Origin: Candidatus Zhuqueibacterota bacterium
GTDB taxonomy: Bacteria; Zhuqueibacterota; Zhuqueibacteria; Thermofontimicrobiales; Thermofontimicrobiaceae
NCBI GenBank assembly: GCA_049322915.1
Contig: JBMOPW010000014.1
Span: 890,774 to 954,773 of the forward strand
Length of the DNA: 64,000 nt
Direction: 5' to 3'
The position numbers and the translations under genes were made by a program. A model generated the notes under the pieces. It saw only the letters and a list, made by a program, of their open reading frames with translations. It was not told the DNA's origin and ran no database searches. Positions 31,201 through 40,900 of this stretch are shown here, one piece after another; position 1 is the stretch's first letter; each line of letters opens with the position of its first letter.

Positions 31201-31441
31201 TGAAGTGGCAGAATTACCTACTTATTATGGAAAGCTCACTTTAAAAATGAAGAGGAAAGACAATACAGTATTTGTGGAGTTGAGCGGCTTATCCGAAATG
31301 CCCACGGGCGGTATTGTTATAAAATCACCGATGACAGTTCCAATAAAAAAAGTGAATGTTAATTCAACCAGTATCAGTGTGGAGAATACAATGGAATTTA
31401 CCATTCGGAAATTGCCGGCCAACATAGCAATTCACTATTGA
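28241..31441 (+). CDS. Secreted protein with galactose-binding-like/discoidin (F5/8 type C) modules and a C-terminal (alpha/alpha)6 six-hairpin glycosidase-like domain
   Basis: Discoidin signature WRSAG..EWLLIRF..YSVEISDDGQEW; catalytic-region QPGSRSYERSWIRDG, ESISHEGY and GDMPHTW. Confidence 0.75.
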   Translation: MALVADSLLRRLRSVSSVILMGLLTVFPAFSQTQLLDEFETLAGWEPIASEGANGRLTSSVGKSGNAMGIEFELTGGYGYVIAQKEFAIELPENYQFTFDIRAEAPVNNFEFKLLDASENVWWIKKQYFEYPTTWTRMRIKKRHITFAWGPAGGGEIRRVAKIEFVVSTATGGIGKIWIDNFRFEPIVEPSRDAAPASLEFSSAARGSRPVIDAAGTMLTDWRSAGNQESEWLLIRFNQNREIGGLVLDWDADDFASDYSVEISDDGQEWFSVYSVVAGNGGRDYIATPETEGRLLRILFKKSSRNADYGIKRMQIMGPAYSASPNDFYSAVAKETTPGYYPKYFLKKQSYWTVIGADRDGKEALINQQGLVEVDRFRFSIEPFLFFDRKLVTWHDVTSSQSLDSDYLPIPSVTWNYSDRLGLTITSFAGGESGSSILYLAYRIENKTDSHQPGNLFLAIRPFQVNPPSQWLNAVGGVSRIDSIAYVRGVAAIDEKTVYPLTTPTGFGAASFDQGDISEYISRGELPAQQVAADRSHRASAAFSFDFDLKPGASRDVIVAVPFHNASANLPSNVSDQEASRFYDERYSETKSYWEEKLNTVSIKLPQDAAWLVNTVKSNLAYILINRDGAGIQPGSRSYERSWIRDGSLTSTAMLQMGRNEEVREFIDWYAAYQFPSGKIPCVVDARGADPMPENDSHGQYIYAVMQYFRFSGDTLWLRGKWDSVVKTVRYIQSLRALRKTEEYKNGSPEKRALYGLVPESISHEGYSAKPMHSYWDDFFTLRGLKDAAEMARALGHAELAQEFAAERDDFRNDFYNSMRLAMANTGVDYIPGCAELGDFDATSTTVGVYPCGELGNIPEPQLHTTFDQYFQFSQERMQGRSTWDKYTPYEIRTVGTFIYLDQKERAHAMLDFFKNDRRPPKWNHWAEVVWQNPDTAEFIGDMPHTWVGSDFIRSVRSIFAYERERDASLVIGAGIPESWLGSAEGIEVAELPTYYGKLTLKMKRKDNTVFVELSGLSEMPTGGIVIKSPMTVPIKKVNVNSTSISVENTMEFTIRKLPANIAIHY

Positions 31442-31578
31442 TTGTATGTTTTATAAAATCGGATCAGGGATTTTAATGAGGGAATGGATTCTTTGAAAAA
31501 GTCATCTTCGGCGGAAAGCATGTCGCGTGTTTGAATTGGAAGCTTGAGCGAACGAAAAAAAATTTCGATATAAAATGA

Positions 31579-31603
31579 AAACCCCAGCGTGAGAGCTGGG
31601 GTT
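31579..31603 (-). terminator. Intrinsic terminator downstream of the cold-shock gene
   Basis: AACCCCAGC-GTGAGA-GCTGGGGTT hairpin with a U-tract on the minus strand. Confidence 0.7.
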
Positions 31604-31622
31604 GGTCGTTGTCGGTTTCAGG

Positions 31623-31823
31623 TTATATCTTTGTGACGTTTGTTGCCTGCAATCCTTTGGGTCCCTGTTCTACATCAAATTGAACCTGATCGCCCTCTTC
31701 TAATGTTTTGTAGCCATCACCCTGAATTGCTTTGTAGTGAACGAATACGTCGCTACCTTCATCTCTAGTTATGAAGCCGTAGCCTTTAGAGCTGTTGAAC
31801 CATTTTACAGTTCCTGTTTCCAT
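31623..31823 (-). CDS. Cold-shock protein (CspA family)
   Basis: [42 protein letters not shown]. Confidence 0.97.
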   Translation of the reverse strand: METGTVKWFNSSKGYGFITRDEGSDVFVHYKAIQGDGYKTLEEGDQVQFDVEQGPKGLQATNVTKI

Positions 31824-32319
31824 TGAAAAAATCCTTACAAAAAAAATTTGTGTTGCGTACATCTCTTTCTCAGCCTGTTCCGGCCAAAAAAAAATCGTCT
31901 TGAACAGCCCTATAGACCATTCTCCACGAAATTTTTTTTACTTGATATTTAGCACGTCGTTTAACATAAATCAGAAAGGCAGAAAAACAGGGTACAATGA
32001 ATTGACGGTTTCAATATACAATATTAAAAAATAAAAAGCAAACATTTTTTTTATTTTTATCACAAAATTGCCAACATTTTTTTTCTGAGTTGTTTACCTG
32101 CAGCCCAGTCGCACCACGTTCCTCTGTCGACAGGACAGTTCATTTGCACAACATGAGGCAGGCATGGTAATTCTGCGTGTTTAGCTCCAGCATTCAGCGC
32201 CTCACGCCCAACGTGCCTGTTGATTGGTGACTCATCGCGGGCAGATCGCAGGAGTTCCAGCATGGCGTCCGATGAGGCCGTATTTTTCAACCCGCGTGGA
32301 AATTTGTAATCGAACCGGA

Positions 32320-33351
32320 TCATTGAGCATACAATTCTTTCATGGACTGTTCCATGTGTTCAATGAGATGGCATCGGACCGAACGATCGGCCATGAGGAT
32401 GGCGTTTTTAATGGCTTTGGCTTTGGACCGGCCATGGGCTTTTATCACCAGTTTCTGAAAACCGAGGATGGGAGCGCCGCCGTATTCAGAATAATCCATT
32501 CGCTTTTTGAGCTTTTTCAATACAGGAGCTAACATGGTCATGCCGAGCCGGGACAGGAGGCTCTTCTTCCATATCCTCTTGCCGGTTTTTATGGACATCT
32601 CCGCCACCCCTTCGAGGGTTTTTAGCACAATATTTCCAACCAACCCTTCCGTGATGATGACGTCTGCAATACCCCGCATGATGTCCTTACCTTCAATATT
32701 GCCAATGAATTCAATGCCTTTGATGTGTTTCAACGTCCGATTGGTCTCGACAAGGACTTCGTGGCCTTTGGTATCCTCCTCGCCAATATTGAGCAGGCCA
32801 ACTCTGGGATGTTCGATGTTGATGACCTCTTTGGCGTATTGAACTCCCATGAACGCAAAACTGACGAGTTGATTCACCGTGCAGTTTAATGTGGCGCCGA
32901 CATCCAGCATGATGGATATGCCTGGATCGCCGTGTTTCTTGCGCACGGACGGAAGGACGGCAGCCAGCACACCGCGTTCAATGCCCGGCATTCGCGGGAT
33001 GAATTTGGAGCAGGACAGAATGGTCGCTCCTGTGTTGCCCGCGCTGACTAAAGCGTCTCCTTTGTCATCGCGAATCAATTGCGCGGCGACATTGATGGAT
33101 GCATCGGTTTTTTCATTGACAGATTCTTTCGGCTTGTCATCCATCGTGATGATTTCGGATGCATGGACAATTTCCCATCGGTCGGCAGGGATTTTGGCAT
33201 TGATAATCAGAGGTTTTATGTCGTGTTCGCGACCAACAAACAGACAGTAAATATCATCGTTTTCGGTACAGGCGGTGGCTGCTCCATGAATAATTTCCAG
33301 AGGCGCGTTGTCTCCGCCCATCGCATCGATGACAATACGGTTATGAGGCAT
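32320..33351 (-). CDS. plsX: Phosphate acyltransferase PlsX
   Basis: IVIDAMGGDNAP, VSAGNTGA, LLNIGEEDTKG, FIGNIEG, YGGAPILG and KAHGRS. Confidence 0.9.
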   Translation of the reverse strand: MPHNRIVIDAMGGDNAPLEIIHGAATACTENDDIYCLFVGREHDIKPLIINAKIPADRWEIVHASEIITMDDKPKESVNEKTDASINVAAQLIRDDKGDALVSAGNTGATILSCSKFIPRMPGIERGVLAAVLPSVRKKHGDPGISIMLDVGATLNCTVNQLVSFAFMGVQYAKEVINIEHPRVGLLNIGEEDTKGHEVLVETNRTLKHIKGIEFIGNIEGKDIMRGIADVIITEGLVGNIVLKTLEGVAEMSIKTGKRIWKKSLLSRLGMTMLAPVLKKLKKRMDYSEYGGAPILGFQKLVIKAHGRSKAKAIKNAILMADRSVRCHLIEHMEQSMKELYAQ

Positions 33352-33883
33352 TTTTTTCCCTTATTGGTGAGTATCCATCTCGATAATTACGCGTTTTGAA
33401 ATACAATCGGTCTCGCGGTTTCTACGGGATCAAGGATACAGATGAATGCTACATGATTCCGTTAGATTTTCATAAATGAATCTGACATACGCACGGAGTT
33501 TTTTAGAATGAAATTTTAACGGAACTGGTTCCATGATTTCCCAATCGCCTAAATCAACAGTCATCAGAACGCTTTTCTCCGTTGCTAAAGATAAGAAAAA
33601 TAATTTTGAGATTCAATAAATATTTCAGCGTAATAGTTGAACAGACGGTTTTCTATCACGATGTTTTAGATGATGGAGTAGAGGTGCAATCGTCTCCTTT
33701 CGTTGCAGGAAGAAGAATTCAAAAGGGCAAGCCGATGAGATAGATCGGGACGTGCACTGGCAACTCGTCCCATGTCCGGCAATGTCGAATGAACATGGTG
33801 TTTCGAGCTACAGTCCAGGATGTCGTTTAAAGTTCGCTGGTGAAAAACCATGAGATAGAGTTACAGGTTGCTTCCCGGATTCA

Positions 33884-35731
33884 TCATTTTTCATCATCGG
33901 GGTGCATCGGTCTCGGAGCCTTTTCACAATGGAGAATTTTTCTTGTTATTTCTTTATCTTCGATGAGTTCGGTAATCTGACTTACCGATAACCAGCGCGG
34001 TTGTCGGCTATAGTGTTTACCTGTGACATTATCGATGACGAGACTGACGAGCTGTTCGGTGACTCGTGATGATGCTTTAAATTTTTCAGGGAAAACAATA
34101 TGTTCGGAAAGCTGCTCCATGGTTGGATAGTGGGATAGCACAATCCGAAAATTGGCATTGGCCAGCAATGCAAAATTTTCATCATCCGCATCCTGATTTT
34201 GACGGGGCGCAACGCCGATGTTGACTGAAACCATATTGTGCACGATGAACAAATCTAACAGGGTGGGCAGAAACAAGGGCTCGGTTTTGAGCAAGGGGAA
34301 TCCGGTGCGAAGCTCAGCCGTGTTGTTGATCAGCACGGAGTTGAATGGCCTTTGCAACTCATTCACTTCGCCGATGATGGTCTCGATGACATTGAAACAT
34401 TCCTCAGGCGCTAATTGACCAATTTTAAACGAAGTGACTGTGACCAATGGCGTGTCAGGTGGATACTTATCCGGCATGTCGATTATACCGTAGCAGGTGT
34501 GCCAGAATTTGGTCTGACTGCCAGCGAGTTTTAGTTTGATTTCTTTCAGTGACATGAAATCTTTATTGAATTCAGTCCAGGCAATTCCCTTGAATCCCAG
34601 GTCGCTTGCGCCTCCGAAATTGATGACCAATAAATTGGGGAATTTTTCATCTGATAATTTGCCCATTGCCAGATTCAAACCCAGCGCTAATTTATGGGTG
34701 CCGTTCGGGCCAATGATCGCTATGCAGGAGTTCGGCTTTATCCGATCGCTATTGAGAATGAGGCCGAGATCCTTCTCGGTCTGATTGTCGATTTTATACA
34801 CAACGGAATCTGGCAATTGCGTTTGTCTAGCTGCCCGCACTTTAGATAAAACGTAGTGAATGGATGGGTAGACGACCAACCCTTTACGCAGGTTAGATTT
34901 AATGCCTACGGCAATGGGTTTGGTACGAATTTTGTAGAGATGGCGCCCTAACGCCTGACGGCATTTTCTGGATTTAATGATTTCCAGAAAGTATTGCAGA
35001 TAGCCGGTCTGACTGTCTTTCGTCAGGTCGATCACGACATCGGCTAAGAACTTAGTACATTCGAATGTGACCTCCTCTTCCTCGAGCGAATAATTGGGAT
35101 AGCGTTCCAGCGTGATGATCCCGGGAACATGGTAGTTTCTCAATAATGAAAAAAGATGATAAATTTCATGCCGCAACAGAGGGCGACCCGCAAAAGCGGT
35201 GAGACTGTCTATCACGAACAGGATGAAATTGTGCTCGTCAATTGAAGAGACCAGTTCGAGGACATGATTCAATTCGGAGATGCGCTGATCGTAAATGCTG
35301 CCTTCTTCTTTGCCCGAAAAGGGGCGAGGCGAGAAATGGCAGAAATAGATGGTGTTATCATTGGTAAATTCTAAATTTTCATCAAAAGTGGCAAGATCGA
35401 TGAAATCGATTTCGAGTTCATTCTTTTCATCGAAACAACTGAAGTGCTCTGATACGCTTTTTAACGATTGATAGGTCTGCTCCAGACTGTAGAAAAACAC
35501 AAACCATTTTGCATTGGCCGTGGCTGAATGGGCAATTTGCAGCGCCAGCGTCGTCTTGCCAGTCCCTGTAGTGCCTTCGATGACGAGGATGGGGGTTTCC
35601 AGATCGGTGCGAATTTCTCCTTCACCGATGTACAAGCCGCCGTTCTTTTCATCATCGCTGCGATCCTGGGAGAGGAGGTCGTCCAGATGAGGGATGCCAG
35701 TGGAAAGATAGATTTTTTTTGTTTTGTTCAT
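33884..35731 (-). CDS. Two-domain KaiC/RAD55-like RecA-superfamily ATPase (second domain degenerate)
   Basis: STGIPHLDDLL, Walker A GTTGTGKT, FYSLEQ, Walker B VIDS, ADVVIDL and LEIIKSR. The second domain has GPNGTHKL in place of GxxGxGKT. Confidence 0.8.
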   Translation of the reverse strand: MNKTKKIYLSTGIPHLDDLLSQDRSDDEKNGGLYIGEGEIRTDLETPILVIEGTTGTGKTTLALQIAHSATANAKWFVFFYSLEQTYQSLKSVSEHFSCFDEKNELEIDFIDLATFDENLEFTNDNTIYFCHFSPRPFSGKEEGSIYDQRISELNHVLELVSSIDEHNFILFVIDSLTAFAGRPLLRHEIYHLFSLLRNYHVPGIITLERYPNYSLEEEEVTFECTKFLADVVIDLTKDSQTGYLQYFLEIIKSRKCRQALGRHLYKIRTKPIAVGIKSNLRKGLVVYPSIHYVLSKVRAARQTQLPDSVVYKIDNQTEKDLGLILNSDRIKPNSCIAIIGPNGTHKLALGLNLAMGKLSDEKFPNLLVINFGGASDLGFKGIAWTEFNKDFMSLKEIKLKLAGSQTKFWHTCYGIIDMPDKYPPDTPLVTVTSFKIGQLAPEECFNVIETIIGEVNELQRPFNSVLINNTAELRTGFPLLKTEPLFLPTLLDLFIVHNMVSVNIGVAPRQNQDADDENFALLANANFRIVLSHYPTMEQLSEHIVFPEKFKASSRVTEQLVSLVIDNVTGKHYSRQPRWLSVSQITELIEDKEITRKILHCEKAPRPMHPDDEK

Positions 35732-35928
35732 TTCGCTGCCCCTTTTTGATTGTGGGTTAAAACGTGTCAGGGCTAAAGCCCGGATCCCCTTGTCTTCCGG
35801 TTAGTGTCCGCCATGAATGTCGGAGCAATTCATGGAGAGAAACCATAGCCCGGGCGCGGATGATGGCCTCAATTCTTTAAAACAGGGGATCTGTCATCTG
35901 CCAAATTTATCGGTTATCCGCCCGCACT

Positions 35929-37212
35929 TTATTTTTTGAAGCTCGAATAATCGCACCCAAATGCTTTGTAGATTGCATTAATTTTTTCCCGATTCAGCGT
36001 TATTTTCAGATGATCGTTGGGGTAGAAGGTGATGTAACATTCCGGAGTCACAAAATTCATCTGCTGGACAATCCATTTTTCCCGTTCAGTCAGAATGTAT
36101 CCGACTTTCGCTTCCAGGGACTTCCAATGGAAAACATCATGCCCCATACTGCCAAGAGACATTCTGACGATGGCATCCAACAATTCCTGAACGCCTGGAC
36201 GCTTATCCTTCTTACCTTTTTCAAAAATAGTATTCAGGGTGGTTGGCTTCGTTTTGTTTTCTGCCTTGCTATCGCTCAGCCTGACCAAAAGTTTATTACG
36301 GTGCATAAAAAAAACATGATTAAATGCGATGCCTTCCTCTTTCAGTAATTCTCCCCAGTTTGCCAGAACTACGTTGACACTTTCTTTCATCCTGTTCAAT
36401 TTTGCTATCTCAAAACTGTCCAAAGTTTTTGTCATGTTCAGTACCTGAGTTTCATCTTTATTTTCAGCAGTATCGGTAGTATCGGTCGCTGCAGCATCGG
36501 TTTGATAGAATGCCGGGATGTGAAGGATGATGCATTCGCCTTGCAGACAAAACTCGACATCTTCGACAAAGCGACGGACACCTTTGACCAACTGAATGCT
36601 GGAAAATTTTGTTATTCTATCGTAAAGGTATTCCTGTAATGAACGGGTCCAGACATTTTCAGTCTCGTCGGCAATACGTAAAATTGCAGAGATGAAAGGA
36701 ATTCTCAACCGGCCATAGGGCTCTAAAGAAAACATCTGATAGTTTCGAATATTTTTGTCGTGCGCAAATGGATTTTCAACGCCATGATACCAGGAGACGA
36801 GTGCGCAGTACTTGGCAATGCGCTCATCCGGCAAACCCAATTCCGCCCAGCATTCTTCGATGATGCGCCGACTCTCTTCCTGATGATGGACTACCGGGTA
36901 ATCCCGCTTTTCCCTGGGGGGAAGCAATAACAGCTTGCCGATGTCGTGCAGAAAGATTGAGCTGAGCAGAAGAAATATTTCGCCAGCACTGAAATCTTCC
37001 TTGATCTGGTCCGGGATCATTTTGTTGGCGTTGCGCTCGACGTTCAACAAATGAGGGTAGCCGGAATGGGAGCCCAGGTCGAAGCTTAACAACGGCACCC
37101 ATTCTTCAATGCCCTTTTGTTTAATGTCTCCCAGTTTTGAAAAAAGCTCGGGATCTTTTTCTTGCAAAATGGTTGCAAAGGTTCGCTTCGTTTCAAAACG
37201 CGTGTCCATCAT
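35929..37212 (-). CDS. HD-superfamily phosphohydrolase, HD-CE-like, with an uncharacterised C-terminal region
   Basis: H..H (HSGYPHLLNV), LLLSSIFLHDIGK, HHQEES, WYHG and ILRIADE. AGAAAGGA RBS before ATG 37212. Confidence 0.75.
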   Translation of the reverse strand: MMDTRFETKRTFATILQEKDPELFSKLGDIKQKGIEEWVPLLSFDLGSHSGYPHLLNVERNANKMIPDQIKEDFSAGEIFLLLSSIFLHDIGKLLLLPPREKRDYPVVHHQEESRRIIEECWAELGLPDERIAKYCALVSWYHGVENPFAHDKNIRNYQMFSLEPYGRLRIPFISAILRIADETENVWTRSLQEYLYDRITKFSSIQLVKGVRRFVEDVEFCLQGECIILHIPAFYQTDAAATDTTDTAENKDETQVLNMTKTLDSFEIAKLNRMKESVNVVLANWGELLKEEGIAFNHVFFMHRNKLLVRLSDSKAENKTKPTTLNTIFEKGKKDKRPGVQELLDAIVRMSLGSMGHDVFHWKSLEAKVGYILTEREKWIVQQMNFVTPECYITFYPNDHLKITLNREKINAIYKAFGCDYSSFKK

Positions 37213-37498
37213 GAGTTCCTTTCTTTTAATGGTGCGCGGTGAACTGAAGTCGCAATGCGAGAGGTCCAACTAAGAAGGCGAGTTGATTTGCCAGGACTCA
37301 TTCCGTAATAAAGCCGTCAGGGAAAAGAGGAGGATCGATGTGTGGACGAGTCAACAGATTGATTGATAATGGGAAATAACCAATGTTAATATAACTGAAG
37401 CGTCTGTAAAAGTCAACCATATTTTTTCGAACAAACGTAGTTTTAATGCGATTATATTGGGAGATTCAATGGGCATGGGACAAGTTTTTAGTTCCAAT

Positions 37499-37527
37499 AA
37501 AAAAGCCCACAGTTCGTGGGCTTTTTT
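37499..37527. terminator. Bidirectional intrinsic terminator downstream of tRNA-Thr
   Basis: AAAAAAGCCCAC-AGTTC-GTGGGCTTTTTT. Confidence 0.85.
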
Positions 37528-37538
37528 CGGCATTGCTG

Positions 37539-37611
<73 letters not shown>

Positions 37612-37642
37612 AAATATAACTATCCTGATTATAAAACTTTAT

Positions 37643-37706
37643 CCGCCGACCTATCCGCCATTTTCGAAACGGATTGCTCTACCAGCTGAGCTACGGTGGC
37701 AAATAT
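37643..37706 (-). pseudogene. Partial tandem copy of tRNA-Thr (5' half) with a replaced anticodon arm
   Basis: Reverse complement: ATATTT GCCACCGTAGCTCAGCTGGTAGAGCAA TCCGTTTCGAAAATGGCGGA TAGGTCGGCGG. It has no T-loop or 3' acceptor strand. Confidence 0.75.
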
Positions 37707-37803
37707 TAATGCTCTGATTTTCAATGTATCGGCCACGACCTTTTCGCCGGATACGATTGCGTTTGCATTCCGGCTTTGGGCTGTTGTCAAAATAACGGGC
37801 ACT

Positions 37804-37832
37804 AATATATGAAAAACGAAACTAAAAGTCAA
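37804..37832 (-). promoter_or_regulatory. Sigma70-type promoter for the tRNA-Thr transcript
   Basis: Reverse complement TTGACT, 17-bp spacer, TATATT. Confidence 0.65.
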
Positions 37833-37964
37833 TAATTTTGTTGGCTGACAGCAGCCGATCCCTGAGCGGAACAACGGCTGAGACAATGAACCTGGCTCAG
37901 CCGAATGTCCGATGGATTGACCTGAAAAGGGGATGAAGTATTTAATGCATTCGTCATGCCCTTC

Positions 37965-40900
37965 TTAATGAAATGTCAGCTTCAACGTCTTTATCTCAAA
38001 CGGCCCGAATGTCAATGCCACCTGTCCTGCATTGCGTTCGAGCATCGTGTCTTTCTGCTCCATCAAATCGGTCTCAAATACGGTCGCATTCGAATGGAGC
38101 AACGTCAGTCGGGCAGTGACAGATCTGCCTCTGGGCTCGTAGCAGCGCAGGATCAGCGCATCCTCGCGCTCCGCCTTTTTGACGACTTCCACAATGATAT
38201 CCCTGTGCCCGATGGTGAATGGCAGGGTGATTCCGGCGCCGGCATAGCCCGGATAACAGGCCGGTGGCTGATTGAGTTGCAGGGCTTCAGCCCACACGCC
38301 GGATTCAATCGTGTCCTTCGCATGGGGGAAGAGACTGTAGGTGAACGAATGAAATCCCCTGTCCGCAACAGGGTCCGGCATAGTGGTCGCGCGCAGCAGG
38401 TTCAAATCAATGACATTGTCCAGAATATTGTATCCGTACTTGCAGTCGTTGAGCAGGGCCACGCCGTAGTCCCTGTCCGCCAGATCAGCGAAACGATGGC
38501 CCACCACTTCGAATTTGGCTCTGTCCCAACTGGTATTACGGTGCGTGCTCCGTTTCAATAAGCCGTATTGAATTTCAAAGACAGCGACGTCGGAAAAAAC
38601 ATTCACCGGAAAGGCGACGCGCAGCATCCGATGCGTTTCCTGCCAATTGACTTCAGTCTCAAAATCAAGGCGCTTGCTGTTGGCGGCAAGGTAAATGCGC
38701 TGGGTGATGTGCGAATGGCCAATTGTCAGTTTCTGGGCGAATCCCTGCCGAAGCGGTCCCTGACAGAGCCATTCCTGGCGCTCAACGCGGGCTTGTTCCA
38801 GCAGTTGGTTTTCATAAAAAATATCAATATCCCATGCATCCCAATTTGCCGGGCGGTCTTCGTACAGACACAACCGATTGCCGCTCGCTTTTGTCGCCAG
38901 AATTTCTCTCTGGCTCTCTTTGTCGTATGCGCGCTGGATGACGCCGGCGTCAGTGAATTCGTATCGAACCAATTCGTTCTCCAGAATGAATCGGTCGGAA
39001 TCGAGCCGCGATGGGCGATTGGCGTTTTGCCGGCCTTTGCGAACCGTGACGGAACGGAACGGGGGAATTTCGACGAGCATGATCGATCCCTGATTCTCAG
39101 CTTGCACCGGCATGGATTGGCCGGCGTCATCCACGATGTCGTAACCCTGCCAGGAATCAGGCAGGACAATGGGTCTGGAATAGATGCAGGAAAGCGAATT
39201 GAACACAGTCATGGCCTGATCATCGTTATCAAACAGAAGATCACCAGCGGCCCGGGCGAGTTGACTGGCCTCAGCGTGCAGCCAGGCGTAGTCTTCGCGA
39301 CATTGCTCGTAGACCGGGGTGATGCTCGATCCGGGAATGATGTCGTGGAATTGATTGAGCAGCACCTTTTTCCACATTGCGTCGAACTGCCGGGATGGAT
39401 AATTTTTCAATGGTAACAGGGCATAGAGGATTTCCAACTCGCGCAATTTCAATTCCATAAAACGGTTCATTTTCTTGTTGTACGCCTGAGTTGTCAGCGT
39501 GCCGCGATGCAGTTCAAAATACAATTCGCCCACCCATCGCGGCAGCAGGTCTTTGTTTTCAGCCAAATAATTGAGAAAGTCCTGTGCCGCGCCGAACTGC
39601 ACTTTCGGGCAATTCTCCAGTTCAGCCAGGCGGCGGCCGGTTTCCAGCATCTCTTCGGTTGGCCCGCAGCCGCCGTCGCCGATGCCGAAGAGGGTGAGGA
39701 ATTGATCCAGGTAATCATGCTCGGCAAAATTTTCCTGAGCATAGATGAGTTTGGATGGCCGCAACTCGCTGCCGTAGTTATCCTCCGGCGGAAAATGGGT
39801 GATGACCTCGCTACCATCGATGCCCCGCCAGATGAATGTGTGATTGGGCAATTTATTGAACTGGTTCCATGAAAGTTTCTGGGTGACGAAAAAATCAATG
39901 CCGGCCTTTTTCAAAATTTGAGGCAATGCCGCGCTGTAGCCAAACACATCCGGCAGCCACAGATTCTTCACGTCGATATTGAATTCGTCCTGATAAAAAT
40001 TCTTGCCGTGGAGAATTTGCCGCACCAGTGACTCGCCGCTGATGATATTGCAATCGGCTTCGACCCACATGCCGCCCTGGACTTCCCAGCGCCCCTCAGC
40101 GATTCGCGCTTTGATTTTTTCGTAAAGCGACGGGTAGTTCTCTTTGACGAAAAGATAGTGCTGCGGCATGGATGCGCCGAACACATAGCCTGGATATTTT
40201 TCAATCAGTTGCAGTTGCGAAGAAAATGTCCGGGCGCATTTGCGGATGGTCTCGTGAATCGGCCAGAGCCAGGCCGTGTCCAGATGGGCGTGCCCCACGG
40301 CGCGCGTGGTCAAATCCGAGGCGCAGCCGGGTTTTTCCAGTTCCGGCTTCAGGACATCCCGCGTCCGTTGCACAGACCCTTCGTCAGGCTGGAAGCAATC
40401 GATGGCGCGCATCAACGCCCGCAGGATTCGGGCGCGGCGAACGTTTTTCTCCGGCAACGCCCTCATCAGATCGTTCAGCACGAAACAATCCATGTACAAT
40501 TCCCAAATATCCTTTCGGAATACGGCCAGCCTGGCGTACTGAAACGCTGCCTCGTAATTGCCATAGGCGACCGGGCCCCTATCGCCCCGATCCTGTTCCA
40601 ATTGCAGCCCGAACAACTGGCCGGCAGAGCCTTCGATCCAATAGTCAATCGTCTCGCGGCCGGTCGCCCGCGCGGCAATGTCCAGCCGATCCCGACGGAA
40701 ATGATTCAGCCATAGCGAGTGAATGCTCAGCGCAGTCACAGGCGTCCCATCCTCGTCGAACACCAGACCTTCACCGCCGATATTTATCAGAGCCACGACC
40801 CGCTTTCCGCGCCAATTTTCCGGCGTTGCGCCAGTCACATGAAACCAGGCTCGCTCCCAATTTTTGCCCCAAGTTTCGCCCTGCTGAATGGGCCGATACG

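Noticed and set aside
33457..33524. 17-bp imperfect inverted repeat upstream of plsX
   Set aside because: Single copy with no target duplication; it cannot be distinguished from an ordinary stem-loop.
33720..33780. Cyclic di-GMP-I riboswitch-like GGGCAAGCC...GGGACG
   Set aside because: It lacks the GNRA loop and the GCAAAGCC/second-stem consensus, and is not upstream of a plus-strand gene.
33884..35731. True circadian KaiC
   Set aside because: The second domain is degenerate, no ST phosphorylation motif is recognisable, and no kaiA or kaiB is nearby.
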